NCBI RefSeq assembly: GCF_018977255.1
Contig: NW_024704755.1
Coordinates: 15,190,001-15,254,000 of the forward strand
Length of the DNA stretch: 64,000 nucleotides
Direction: 5' to 3'
Origin: Callorhinchus milii
Lineage: Eukaryota
A program made the position numbers and the translations under genes. Positions within the stretch are counted from its first letter, which is position 1; every line of letters starts with the position of its first letter. The notes under the pieces are model-generated. The model ran no database searches, had not been told where the DNA came from, and saw nothing but the letters and a program-made list of their open reading frames with translations. Positions 1 to 12,440 of this stretch are shown here, one piece after another.

Positions 1-340
1 TTTGCGAGTGCTAGATACTAATATTGGGGGCTTAAAATATTCCACTTGCTTCCAGGCCTTTGGACCACTCAGTTCCAGTTCTGACCCAATCCCAAACTGT
101 GGGCTGTTCTGTAACTTGGCATTTGTAAGGATTTGAGTGTAACAAAGGTTCAGTTACCAATTCACCACCACTGGAGGTCACTGTTTCATTCATTTAGCAG
201 CAACTTGTGCAACATCCTCTCACAGAAGAGGGATGGAGCTGGTTACTAAGATGGTAGCATGGAGCCCTGCTTCTGATATCACACAGCCACATTTATCATG
301 TTAACCTTGTCCCTTATATTGTGCCCTCTTCTCATTTTAG

Positions 341-454
341 GAACAAATTCTTTACGACTGGATCAGTCCGATCTACATGGACATGCAAACACAGGCCCAG
401 GTCCAAGAGGAGTTTGAGGAGAAGTCGGCGATGCTCCTGAAGAATTTTCTGAAG
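341..454 (+). CDS. OGFOD1: OGFOD1 internal coding exon ([38 protein letters not shown]); gene begins upstream of the window
   Basis: ttttag acceptor and gtaaga donor, phase 0-0; peptide matches the human OGFOD1 C-terminal domain as recalled (EILYDWINPTYLDM..QEEFEE..LLKEFLK). Confidence 0.95.
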
Positions 455-486
455 GTAAGAACTCGACAGTGATCAGTTAGAAGGTA

Positions 487-805
487 ATAATAATAATAGT
501 CCTTGCATTTGAAATAGTTCTTTTCATGTCTTCTAGATTTCTCAAAGCGGTTTACAGAATATACTGTAAAGTGAGTTGACTATATATTTGTGGAGAAACG
601 TGGTAGCCAATTGCGCACAGCAGTGTCCCACAAACATTCGTGGATTGATGTGACCAATTGTATTATTTTTTTTTTTTTCTTGAGGGATTATTATCAGGCG
701 TGTGGAGTAAGGAAGTTTACCCAAAGTTTCACCTTGCTGGGAATCAAACCCAGGTCTCTCGCTTGTGAGATGATTGCTCTAACCACTGAGTTACAGGACT
801 CCTGA
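487..805 (-). mobile_element. tRNA-head / Deu-domain / L2-tail SINE
   Basis: gtcctgtaactcagtggttagagc head, gtgggacactgctgtgcgcaattggct core, gcaagg(a)+(TTA)n tail. Confidence 0.85.
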
Positions 806-1319
806 ACTGAAGGATAATAACTAATAAATGTTGGCTTGGTGTAAAGTAATGTATTTTTATAGTCACTTTGTTCTAAATTTGTCCCATGTATTACCATGCA
901 CAACTAGCTCACAAGATCTTGCCTGTACCCATTGTAAATGGTCAACAATTACCTCCTCAGTGTAGTTTGGCTTACTCTTAAATATTGGTGTGGGTCCAAC
1001 ATGTCCAGTATGCAGGTTACCACTGACTGGTGACATATGTGCCAGTCAGGACGGAATTCATTTACCTGTTGTGTAATGTACAAGTATAGGGATTAACACA
1101 TCTGTGGTCCACTCTTGAGAACCATTACAACACCAGACGGGGGTGATTTTTGCCATTACCTGAAGTGCGCTACATGTGTAGTGGAGCTGGCACAGAGATG
1201 CTCTCAAGACATACCAGATGAGAATGAAGTTTTCCCTTTAAACTGTTGCTTAAGATTACAATGGCATTGATATACCCCCCGGATTGAATAGAACCTCTGT
1301 GTTTGTCTTCATTGTGCAG

Positions 1320-1399
1320 AAAGAGAAGTTTCAGATGGTGTGTGAGGCTCTGCACAGCACGGACATGAAATGGAAGAGAAAGGGACCTGCTAACAAGAG
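1320..1399 (+). CDS. OGFOD1: OGFOD1 exon (KEKFQMVCEALHSTDMKWKRKGPANKR)
   Basis: tgcag/gtaggt, phase 0-2; matches EKF..VCEAL....EW...GPPNKR. Confidence 0.93.
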
Positions 1400-1838
1400 G
1401 TAGGTGTAGCACTTCTCTTGAGAATGTTCGCTCGCTCAATTCAACTTCCAAATCGTAGAGAGACGGAGACTAAAGGCGAGTCCTGCTGGTGGCATTGATA
1501 TATGTGAATGGTCCTGCTGATGATGAGGTGTGTGACAAGTCTAGATTGTTCAAAACATTGGGCCAGTTTCCTTACTCCACATGCCTGTTTCCCTCGCAGT
1601 AAGTAGGATTCCAGTTGGTTAGTTGATGGGGGGATAATTCCTTCAAAAAAAATAATAATTTGGTCGTTAAACCCACGACTCTTTGTGGGACACTGCTGTG
1701 TGCAATTGGCTGCCATGTTTCGCCCACAAAAGATACACAGTCAATTCACTTTACAGTATATTCTGTGAAGCGTTTTGAGATGTCACAAAGATGTATATCA
1801 AATGCAAGGATTATTATTATTATCTGTTTGTTTTATAG

Positions 1839-2161
1839 ATGCTATCATCAAGCAGATGAAGATGGCCTCCCTGACATTCTTGCCCAGTGTATGAAGCTGT
1901 TTCGCTCCGAAGCCATGTTTCTGCTCCTGTCCAATTTCACCGGCTTAAAACTGCACCTCCTTGCAGCCTCAAACGAGGATGAGGAGGAGGAGGAGGAGAC
2001 AGGCGAGACCTCTTCAGAGACTAAGTCGTCTGCTATCAATGGACATGAGTGCTCCAGCACAGAAATAGACGGCAAGCCTGAAGCAATGGACCAGAGAGAG
2101 GATGAGATTGGAGATGGGGAAAGTGGAACAAAGGAAAACGAAGAATCTGGAGAGAAGAAAA
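1839..2161 (+). CDS. OGFOD1: OGFOD1 exon ([39 protein letters not shown] + acidic linker)
   Basis: tatag/gtatgt, phase 2-1; [22 protein letters not shown] motif; lies within ORF 1660..2199. Confidence 0.95.
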
Positions 2162-2814
2162 GTATGTTTGATGTGAAGCGCTTTGATGTTTCCTTCTAAC
2201 ATAAAAGGGCTATACATAATGTAAGAATTGTTATTTTTATCTCCAGTTCACTTGATAAGTTGACTCTATGTTCAATGGAACTGAGAAGTTGAGGGGAGAA
2301 ATGTAATTTGAGGTTTTCAATATTATGAATGGTTTTCATAACGCAAATAAAGACTGCATTTAGAAACAGGAGAGCGTAAATTGAGGAAACAGAAATACTT
2401 TTGCACAGAGGTGATTAAAGTGTGGATTGCGTTACCACAAAGCACTGTTGAAGCTGTTGAGTCCATAAGTCAATTTGAAGGAGAATTGAAAAACCATATG
2501 AAAGATTACAGAAAAAGAGCAGAGGAATGGGATTGGAGTAGATAACTCAATTGGGAATTGAGCATCAATACAGACTCCATGTGACAAATGGCCTCCTGTG
2601 CTGTAACCATTCTTTATACTCAGTTTATACTCCAAATTCCTGACTGTCCAGGTCCTTTGGACGTCCTCCCGACATGAAAGGTGCTATACAAATGTAATTT
2701 GTTTTTTTTACTAAATTATTATACAATGTTAAGGTTCTGTTGGGGTTGAAACTGTATATACATTGTAAACACCTGTAAATGCTCTGATGAAATCACCTTG
2801 CTTTTTGTCCCCAG

Positions 2815-2943
2815 AGCCCAGTGTTCCTATGTGCCGGGGTGAGTTACGGCACTGGAGAAATGGCTACTACACCCTTATCCATGACACCAATGTGGAAAAT
2901 TCCGAGTTTGCACTCGATCTGCTGCTGTTTTGCAGGTGCAAAG
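2815..2943 (+). CDS. OGFOD1: OGFOD1 exon ([42 protein letters not shown])
   Basis: cccag/gtacag, phase 1-1; VPMC.GELRHW..G.YTLIHD motif. Confidence 0.95.
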
Positions 2944-5084
2944 GTACAGGTTCTTACTTACATTTGAGAACGAGCTGCAGCACCTTCAGAAAACAGCTTG
3001 TGTAGAGACACAGCACTATCCGGGGGTGGGGTTGTTGTAGAGGTAGAGTGTTTGGTGGTGTCTCTGGAGGTACAGAATCTTCTGCCTTCTGACTGAGGAA
3101 GATATTTCGACTGGGAGGAACAATAAAATGGGTGAAAATGGAAAGCTATCCTTTGGGCAATGTGTATTTGTGTTAGACACGATCCTTTCAGGGACCATAG
3201 ATAAGTATTTATGTCAAGCATGAAATTCACCTCATAGATTGAGGGTGGTGTTTGCTATGCCGGCAGCTTTGTGCCAAAGAAAATTTATTTTAAAATAACT
3301 TTCAAATCAGCTTTCTGAAATAGCATGTGACAGCTGGAATAAAGAGAGGAAGCAAAATAAAAACATTTAAATAATGAAATAACTGGCACTTTTGTAGCAT
3401 CGGTAGGTTTGAAACATTTCCGAACACTTCACAGTAATTGTTGTCTGGTCGAGGTACTGTTTTTGTGAGCTGTTGAATAGTATTGTAAGATTTTTAACAT
3501 TCCCCTGACAGGCAGACAAGAGTTTGGTTAATATCAATGCATGTATGAATAGTACCACAAGGTGCTGGCTAATATTAGTTGCTGAGGCTTGTGGTGTGAG
3601 GAGCTAAATTAACATTGGTGAGGTTGCAGTTAAAACATGAGAGGTGTTACTGAGCTTGATAGAATGACATAGATGGAAAATTAACAGGTTCGAGATGTGG
3701 TTAGTAATGCAGGGTGCTGACTGAAAGGTGTTAAAACAACAGTTTGCATTTACACAATTGGCTCCCTTGTTTTGCCCACAAAATATACAGTCAATTCACT
3801 TTCCAGCAGCAACACAAACTTGCATTTGTATTGCGCCCTTCACGTGGGATAGAGTTACAGAGACTGAGCCTGAGATGGTTGCAAAATGGGGGCAGAGGAG
3901 ATTGCATATAGCCTTGTATTGGAGGAAATACTGATCTTATTGCAAGAAATTAACATCTGCGGAGATACAGTCAGTAATACAGGCTCGGAGGGGTTACTGA
4001 ACCTTATTGCTTGATGCAGGTTAAGTTAAAATCAGCACAGTGGTGCAATATTTAGCAACGCAGGATGCTGCCTGGGAGGAGCTGACAGGTTGCAGTTCTA
4101 GCTAGTGATACTGGACTCTAGCGGTTTACGGTTACTAATCTGGAAAGTATGACTGAAACAGATTAACATCAGACATACTGTCAGTGATGCACAACAATGG
4201 CTGGGAGGAGTAAATGAAACATGCGATAGCATTAAATTAGTAAGATGTGGTTGATGGAGCTGTCGCCGGCTCAGACACAAATAGACCAAATAGTCTCCTT
4301 CTGTGTAGTAAACAAGTAAAAAGGCTGGCTGCCACATTTCGCCCACAAATTTACAGTCTATTCACTTTACAGTCTATTGAGACATCTAGAAGACGTGGAA
4401 AGCGCTATATCAAATGCAAGGATTATTATTATTATAAACCTATGATTCTTTCTACTATTTGATCCCAGCCAACAATCCCTCAAATAAAATTGGTCATTCA
4501 CTTCATGGCTATTTGTGGGACATTGCTATGTGCAAATTGGCTACTGCATTTGCCAACAAATCTAGTTACTACACACAATCATAAAATCCTGTGAAGTTCA
4601 TTGAAATGTCTAGATGATGTGATAAGGCGCTATATCAACAAAGGTTATTATTTTTACTGATAATGGTTCAGTTCCACAACATTTGGCCTGATTCAAGCCA
4701 GCATCCTTACCATGTCGTCAGGTTACAATATAATAAGAGGAATATTATCTCAATGAATTTAACGTAGTTTCCTTCCGCTTGCACCACCTAATATTATCTG
4801 AACAATCTTACATGGAATAAGCACAGCTCTTCACGTGAAGGATTTGTGATCAGACCATCAGTGTCATGAACAAGTAGCTTTAGTGCTGAAATCCGTGCTT
4901 AGGGCTGTTGTGTTTCCTGATCTTATTGGGGAGGTAAAGAACTGTATATTGAAGGAGGAAAAGCTTCAGGATCAGTTCTGTAATAGGTAAAGGCTGTGAT
5001 GCAGGTGGGTGGATGAGGACATAACAGCAGAGGTAAGCGTTGAGAGCTCGGACAAGCAACTAAAAAGCAGTGTTTGTGTTTCAG

Positions 5085-5143
5085 GCTGGGACGCGGAATT
5101 TGGCGGAGTTACTTCATATATCGCTAAAGGGGAAGATGAAGAG
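5085..5143 (+). CDS. OGFOD1: OGFOD1 exon (GWDAEFGGVTSYIAKGEDEE)
   Basis: tttcag/gtacgt, phase 1-0; GW..E.GG.TSYIAKGEDEE motif. Confidence 0.95.
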
Positions 5144-5969
5144 GTACGTTGGGTTGATCCATTCTTTTGATCTCTGTTATATATTGCTGGATCAGTAACT
5201 CAAGTGGAGTGTGCTTGCCAGTTAAGTAGAAGCTTGAGAGTAGGAACTACAGAATATGCCTGTTAAAAGGATATCAGCTGTAGCTAATTAGGATTCTGCG
5301 CACACCATTGACATGTTCAGTTCTGGGGTGTTAAAACTGACACTGCCTCTAATTGAGTATGGGCTTGAGTTTGGGAATTAAAGAGAAGTCCTGGAGAGAG
5401 ACCAAAATAAAACAGTAGATTGGGTTGGCACAGTGGCGTGTTATATTGAGGCACTTGTTTTGGGGTCAGAAGATTGTCGGCTTGTTAGAGGCAGAAAAGG
5501 TACTTCTCTTTTCAAGTAGTGCCACGGGATCTTTAACATCCACCGACAAGATCTCGGTTTATGCGTCTCCTAGCAGCCCACTGGTGTGAACTATTAGCTC
5601 AAGGTCCCAAAATTGGGCTTGACCCTCCGCTCCACCTCTCTCTCCCCCCCCCCCCCGTCTTGAATTGAACTGAATTCAAACCTCAATGGTAACATTTACA
5701 ATTCTAAACACAGGGAATCTCTAAGTTTATCATATCACAGTGAGGAAGCCCGATGCCATCACAGGGAAGCACTGGAAGAAGGCCACAGAGAGAGAAAATC
5801 AGAGTGAATCACCTGCATCCCTGTGGTGCTCTATCCAGCAGATAGCAGAGTGACATTGTAGTCCAAGGGCTAGGAGAAGGCAACATGAGAAAGGAAATAA
5901 AAGAAAATTGGGAATGATCTTGTAAAAAGAATGATCAGTAACCTGGGAACCTCTCTTGCTGTGTTTCAG

Positions 5970-6131
5970 TTACTTACGCTTTCTCCAGAAGAAAACTCCT
6001 TGGCTCTGATCTACCGAGATAAGGAAACACTGAAGTTTGTGAAACACATTAACCAGCGAAGTGTGAGCCAGTGTCTGAGCGCCTCTGAGAAGAACGGATT
6101 CTGGGACTTTTCCTTTGTGTATTACGAATGA
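5970..6131 (+). CDS. OGFOD1: OGFOD1 last coding exon ([30 protein letters not shown]...[11 protein letters not shown])
   Basis: tttcag acceptor, phase 0, TGA at 6129-6131; characteristic GFWDFSF.YYE C-terminus. Confidence 0.96.
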   Translation, partial: LLTLSPEENSLALIYRDKETLKFVKHINQRSVSQCLSASEKNGFWDFSFVYYE

Positions 6132-6614
6132 CTGCAGGAGCTTTGATGCCCCTTTTGTGTTTAAAGGAAGAGCTATGATCCTCTTTCTAAATCATCCACA
6201 CAAACTTGCCTGTGATATGTGGAGTGAAAATGTCAAAATACACACATTGGTTTTAAAACCTGAACCCCGCTTTTCATAGTGTGAGTGTTGGTCATTTAAA
6301 ACGAGTCAGACCTGGTGCAGCGGATGGGACCGTGTAATACTCAGCACAGAAGCCAGGGGTCAGCATGTCAACGTTTAATCCCTTTTCACCATCACTTAAG
6401 AGATTTGTGAGCTTTGCATATATTCCTTCATTTAAAGAGGCCTCATTCTGCCTGGAACTGGGGCTGACAGTGACCTCACCTACTGCCATTCCAGTCACAA
6501 ATAATGATCAAATTATGGTTTTAAACTTCCATTGCTACATTTTATTAAAGACCGTGAAAATGATGAGGGATGTACATGCATAGTTAGCTTCAATTTCCTT
6601 TCACCCTCGGAATT

Positions 6615-6770
6615 AATGATTGATTGATAGCTTGATTGGTTGCTTTCTTGATTGCTTGATTGACTGATGAGTTGGTTGCTTGATTGGTTGATTGGTTGGT
6701 TGATTGATTGGTTGACGGTCGGTTACCGGACTGTGGGTTGACGGACGGTCGGTCGGTCGACGGATGGATT
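6615..6770. repeat. Compound tetranucleotide repeat (TTGA/TTGG grading to GGTC/GACG)
   Basis: Seen directly. Confidence 0.85.
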
Positions 6771-8819
6771 CAATACAGTGCCTACAGTGGAGCCATGCGA
6801 GTGAGAGTACTTGCTCTCTGATCTCACGGGTAAATGGAATTAGGTTAGAAGATCAGCCATGATCTTATTAAATGGTGAGGCAGGGTTGAGGGGCTGAATG
6901 GCCTAAGCCTGCTCCTATTTCTTATGTTCTAGTACTATTGTTGTATATGACTGGTTGGGTCCAAGGGTTTTCTGACGATTGATTGATTATCAGGGATCAG
7001 TCGTTGATCCGAGTGGATGTTTGCATTTGTAACAGTGTCATTTTGGAGAGATTCTCTCTTTATTTTTCAAGTATTTATCTATCTTGTGTGGTCTCCCCTG
7101 TGCTGACTGCCCTCTGGCAAAGCTGCTATACAGCGGTTTCCTTTGGAGTTACGCAAGAGCAGCCTGGAACGACTAGTTCTTGGAAGTGTTATTGCTCGAC
7201 TTCCTGCTAAAGATAGAATCTGCCATTTCCGTTATAAATCCAAGGCTACAATCACTGGGTTTAACACTAATTCCATAAACTGAGAATCTTAAACACTCAC
7301 AAATTCTTGGATGTATTTTGAAGGAGTCCATTTCAGTATGGATAGTTATACTACAGGCATTGATTCAATACTGTGCCTGCCCTGGAGCCATGCGTGTGAG
7401 AGAACCAGCTGCACCTCGCTCTCTGATCTCACCGCCGAAACATGCAATATTCGCTAATGGGAGCCAAATCCAGATGCATTGTTAAAATGTATTAAATTGA
7501 TGGAAGTTTTGAAATAAGAAACTTTCACATGAGGGAATAGGTTTATTACTAACTGTTTGCCACCTTCTCGATGCCTCAAAGCGCTTCATAGAATACACTG
7601 TAAAGTGAGTTGACAATATTTGGTTGGAGAAACATGCAGCCTGTTCCCCAAACAGTCGTGGATCGAGTGGCAATTTGATGGCAATTTTTTTTTGAACACC
7701 AAATGATGGCTAGAAACAAACTGCCCAACCGATGTCACTTCAAGACGGAAATCGAACTGGAACTGTGTAATACGATTGGCGTAACAAGCTATGAATTGAT
7801 GGAATCACTGGAGTTTCCATGTGAGCAGCACAACTCTGCCTGATCTTTATCAGTGCCATCAATGTAGAGACCTTTTGATGCTCCTCAGAATTAAGCTGTG
7901 CAAACTCATGCATTTGATAAATTGTCTTTTTTAATGTGAAGTCAAATTGTTCTAACAAACATGGGATTCATTTACAAGTGAGGTTGTGTGTTTATCCAGT
8001 GAATGCTATTGCTTTTTTTGCAGTTCTGATGGAAACTGAAATGAAAGTTTTGTTAAGGTGTTCTAAGTGGAGGATTCGGAGGGTTGGCACACTGTTCTCT
8101 CTTTTCTGGTCGCTGGCTTTGAATCCTGTCAACCAATGGGCTGGAAACTGTCCTTGTGCCTGCACATATGGAGTCTCAAACCAGTCCGTGCTGTACATAA
8201 TCTCAGCCCAGACCTCTCATCATTTAGCACAACTACTATTTGATTCATCTCATCTTCTCTCCTGATCTTGAACCTTGGTGACTCCTTACACTGGGAGTTT
8301 TAGCTCTTTCCTCTCGGTTTCTCAAAAAAAGATGCTTGAAAAGTGCAGTACCAATTTAACACTTAAGTGCTAATGGATACAAGTTAATGTAGAGCACCAA
8401 GGAGCCCAGCCCATCACCAATGTGGACAGAAGAATTGAGAAGAGTCACAAAAAATAATTTCGTTTTCTATAATTCTAACTTGGTTTTCTAGAGAATTTCA
8501 CATAAAATAAATGTCTCTTTGCTCTTCACAAAATATAATTAATTATATTTTGGAATCCTGTAGCATTTTAGTTAGAGCACTCGCCTCACAAGTGAGAGGA
8601 ACTGGGTTTGATTTGTCAAGGTGGTGAGATTCCATCTACCCCTGACTCCACACGGAGAAGGGGTCTTATATCAGTGTCATACCTCTGGTTACTTAGTGAT
8701 ATGTGACAAATTTTATGTGAGACTTCCTATCCCACAAGATGGAATTAGTGGAAGGTGTGGGTAAGAGTTTATCCTTACTTTAGGTTTTGGTAAAATCGCT
8801 AAGACTTCTGAGACATTGA

Positions 8820-9920
8820 TCCTTTCTAAGTTCCTGGAATGAAATATTGCTTCCCAGCTTCGCTCCTTCCTCTCCCACCACTCCCTTCACAAACCCTTCC
8901 AATTGGGTTTTGGCGCCGCCCACAGCACAGGAACAGCTTTAGTCAAAAGGGGCAAATGTCTCTCTGCAATCATGGCTCCCTTTGGCTCCTCGATCTCCTT
9001 GACCTCTCTGCTGCCTTCGATACATTGACCAGTCTGTCCTCCTCCACCGCCTCTCCTCACCCTTCATGGTTCACACCGGCTCCAATTCATCTCCCCAAAG
9101 GTTTCTCCTCTAGCCGACACACCGTCTCATGCAGGGTTCCCCAGGGCTGTGTCATTGGTCCCCTCCTATTCAATATCTCTATACTCCTTCTTGGTGACAT
9201 CATCCACAGATATGGGGTTAATTTCCACATGTATGTGGATGACACCCAACTCTATCTCTCTGTCTCCAACCTTGACTTCAGGACCTCAGCTGTCCTGACA
9301 GAATGTCTGTCAGACATCAAGTCCTAGATGAGAACTATGTTTCTACAGTTGAACATCAACAAGACCGAGGTCCTCTGGATTTGCTCCCATCAGCGTCTGT
9401 ACACCTCAAGCGCTGATAGTATCACCATCCAAGGATTCACACTCCACCTCACTGAGCCACTCTTGAACCTTGGCATCTTGTTTGACCCTCAACTATCCTT
9501 TCTATCCCATCTCCATGCCATGACCAGCTCTGCCTTGCCCCATGTACACAACATCGCCTAGCTCCACCAGTGTCTTACACCACAGGCCACCGTGACCCTC
9601 ATACACACATTCATAACATCAAGGCTGGACTATGCAAACTCCTTGCTTCTCAGCCTCCCCAACTCCTCCCTCCGTAGACTGCAGATCATCCAGAACTCTG
9701 TAGCCTGTGTCTTCTCCTGCACCAGGCTCCATGACCCTATCACCCCCATCATCGCCCGACTCCACTGGTTTCCCGTCAAACTGAGGATACAGTTCAAGAT
9801 CCTACACCCCTCCGATCCCAACCCCCAGCTTTGGTCCAAAACATTGATTGTCCAGTGCCTTGGGATGTCCTCCCAACATGAAAGGCGCTATCCAAATGTA
9901 CAAATCTGATTATGTTGATG
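8820..9920 (+). mobile_element. 5'-truncated L2 LINE (RT remnant: LLDLSAAFDT, VPQGCVIGPLLF, YVDDTQLY) with 3' tail
   Basis: RT motifs with stops; ttgggatgtcctccc..aaaggcgctat tail. Confidence 0.9.
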
Positions 9921-9921
9921 T

Positions 9922-10635
9922 TTAAGTTTGAGTCCTGTCCTTTCTCCCCCACATCTGTGCCATGACCGGCACTGCCTACCACCACCTCTGCAACATTGCC
10001 AAAATCCGCCACTGCCTCACCCCTCAGGCTGCTGAAACCCTCACCCATGCATTTGTCACCTCAAGGCTTGATTGTGGGAACTCCCTCCTCATCGCCCTTC
10101 CCAAATCTTCCCTTCACAAGCTGCAGATCATCCAAAACTCAGCAGCTCGTGTACTCTCACGCACTAGGCTCCATGACCCCATCACTCCCACCCTCGCCCA
10201 ACTCCACTGGCTCCCCATTCCCCAGAGGATTGAGTTCCAGATCCTCGTCCTCACCTTCAAGGCCATCCATGGCCTTGACCCCTCCTACCTCTCTGACCTG
10301 CTGACTCCCTACCAACCTGCTCACTCCCTCCGTTCAGCGAGCTCCAGCCTGCTCCATGTCTCCCGCCCGATCCGCCCTACCATTGGTGGCCGGTCTTTCA
10401 GCCTCTCTGCCCCCACACTCTGGAACTCCATCCCACGGTCCCTTTGCCTCACTGCCTCCCTCGCCTCCTTCAAGGCCGGTCTCAAGACCCTTCTCTTCGA
10501 CCGTGCCTTTGGTCTCCCTCCCACCTCTCTGCCTTCCCTCACCCCTACACCACCACTCCTCCTTGCTTGGGCCCCGACACCTGACTGTACAGCGCTTTGG
10601 GACGTCCTCCCGGCATGAAAGGCGCTCTATAAATG
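9922..10635 (+). mobile_element. Second 5'-truncated L2 LINE, tandem to the first
   Basis: ORF2 C-terminus (AFVTSRLD..LQIIQNSAARVL..LHWLP) and (TTG)n tail. Confidence 0.9.
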
Positions 10636-10842
10636 TCATTTTGTTGTTGTTGGATTGTTGGGCGGGGGAGAGAGCAAGGGGGGGATGACAGAGTGGATAG
10701 AGAGAGGGGCTTTGTCTAGCACTGATGTCTTTTCTATATAAGGAGGGGAGGTAGCAGGAATCAAATAAAAATGTTTCGAATTATGTAATTTTACAATCCT
10801 ACAAATTCACAGAATTTGGTGAATAACGGATGAAGTTCCATA

Positions 10843-11196
10843 AGATAGTGGGTAGAGCACTCGTCTCGCAAGTGAAAGGACCTGGGTTTGATTCCTGGGC
10901 GGGGTGAAACCTTTGGCAAGTTTCTTTACTCCACACACACATGCCTCTGTTTACCTACAGGAAGTTGGAACCCACTTGTTAGTCGATTGGCGGATCGCTT
11001 TCTGGGGCTAATTCATTAAAAAATATACATTTGGTCACTCAATGCACGACCGCTTGTGGGACACTGCTGTGGGCAATTGGCTGCTGCGTTCCTCTCACAA
11101 AACACAGGGTCACTTTACGGTGTATTCTGTGAAGCGCTTTGTGATGTCTCGAAGATGTGATAAGGTGCTATATCAAATACAAAGATTATTATTATG
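10843..11196 (+). mobile_element. tRNA/Deu SINE, full length
   Basis: Head, Deu core and tail present. Confidence 0.8.
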
Positions 11197-12440
11197 CAAA
11201 AGAACTTCTGTCTGGGGATCATGTTACTTTAGGGGTGAAAAAGGACCAGCAACCATCCGATCATTTCACTTTGGCTACAACAGAATTAGAAAGTGGACAT
11301 TATAATTATAACTACAGCACTTCATTTAGCTCAACTGCAAGATTCACGGCACTGCTTCAATGAGGAGCTTTTCTCTCGTTAAATGTATTGTATGCAAATT
11401 AAACCAAATTCACTTAATCCCTGTCGCTAACACTAAAACTGGACTCTACCTACAAACAGTGCCTGTAGACATAAGACACCTAAGTGTGAATATGACTTGT
11501 GTGATATAATCATCAGGACCTGTTTTTTTCCCCTTTTCAAACAATGTAAAAAAATATTCAACAGAGATTTTAATAACTATAAAATGCTGAGAAGCTGTGG
11601 GATTTTAGAGCTTTCAACACAAAATTAGTGTGTTGTGTGTGTTTGTGGAGGTGGGGGAGGTAGTGTTGAAAAATACCGACTATCACCTCAGAGTGCCTTG
11701 GTGTATTTCAAACAGCAACTGAATGTCCCAGAAGGTTTGATAGTTAAATGGTTAAAAGTAGCTTTGCTGGACGGGCTGAGGTTAGCTCCTGATTACATTT
11801 CATATTTTCCTGAGAAGATGTTCACTCCTCTGAGATAATGAGCAATCGAGTCCTTGAGCATAGATATAAGAACGATGGACCACAGTAAAAAAAGGCTTCA
11901 GCCTCAGTCACCTGCCTATCTCAAGGCTGTGAAAGGCTGTCCAGAAGTTGTCCACATCTCTCTCTGTGCAAAGCAGTCGGCGAAGAGTGGGGGCTATCTG
12001 TGTGGCCAGGGGAGATGGAGTTAGAAACACATAAAGGAAAGATGTAACTTTTAAATAGTAGAAGTTGTGTAGAGGGTCAGTGGAATTGATATTAATTCTA
12101 CTGTATCTATGTATATGTACAGGGGTGAGGGAATTTACCTGCAGTAAGAAAGTGACCATTAAAAGTGAAAGAGGAGAAGTGGTCGGCAGTACGAGAGAGG
12201 TTCTGGGCTAACAGCTGATTGTTCCTGTTGGGTTTCCAGGCGCCACTCTCTGTGATTCTGTGATAGTTCTGTGATCTCTCCAGTGTATGTCAAGGTGTGA
12301 TCCCAGGTCTACTGTTTTGTCTGGAGTACGAAACAATGACTGGATACGTGTTGTCCTCCCTGTATCGTCCGTAACATATTCAAAACTGACATTGATAGAT
12401 TTTTAAAAGCTAAAGGAATTAAGGGATGTGGGGAAAGGGC

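Larger units (their letters stand above)
6828..11620. repeat. Local duplication copy 1; shares 6828-6972, 7385-8590 and 11130-11620 with 12441-14150
   Basis: Colinear near-identical blocks, including a shark-type CR1 3' end and unique sequence. Confidence 0.85.

Noticed and set aside
1690-1838. SINE tail ending about 15 nt before an OGFOD1 acceptor
   Set aside because: Acceptor and frame are intact; no sequence evidence of a consequence
6615-6770. CRISPR-like or coding repeat
   Set aside because: Simple tetranucleotide microsatellite with no spacers; vertebrate context
8839-10688. Long ORFs 8839-9327, 9962-10618 and overlapping antisense ORFs as host genes
   Set aside because: Broken L2 ORF2 and its GC-rich antisense shadows; the same applies to 25317-26569 and 63575-63843
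11635-11838. 67-aa ORF KYRLSPQSALVYFK..
   Set aside because: No similarity I recognise and no convincing splice sites
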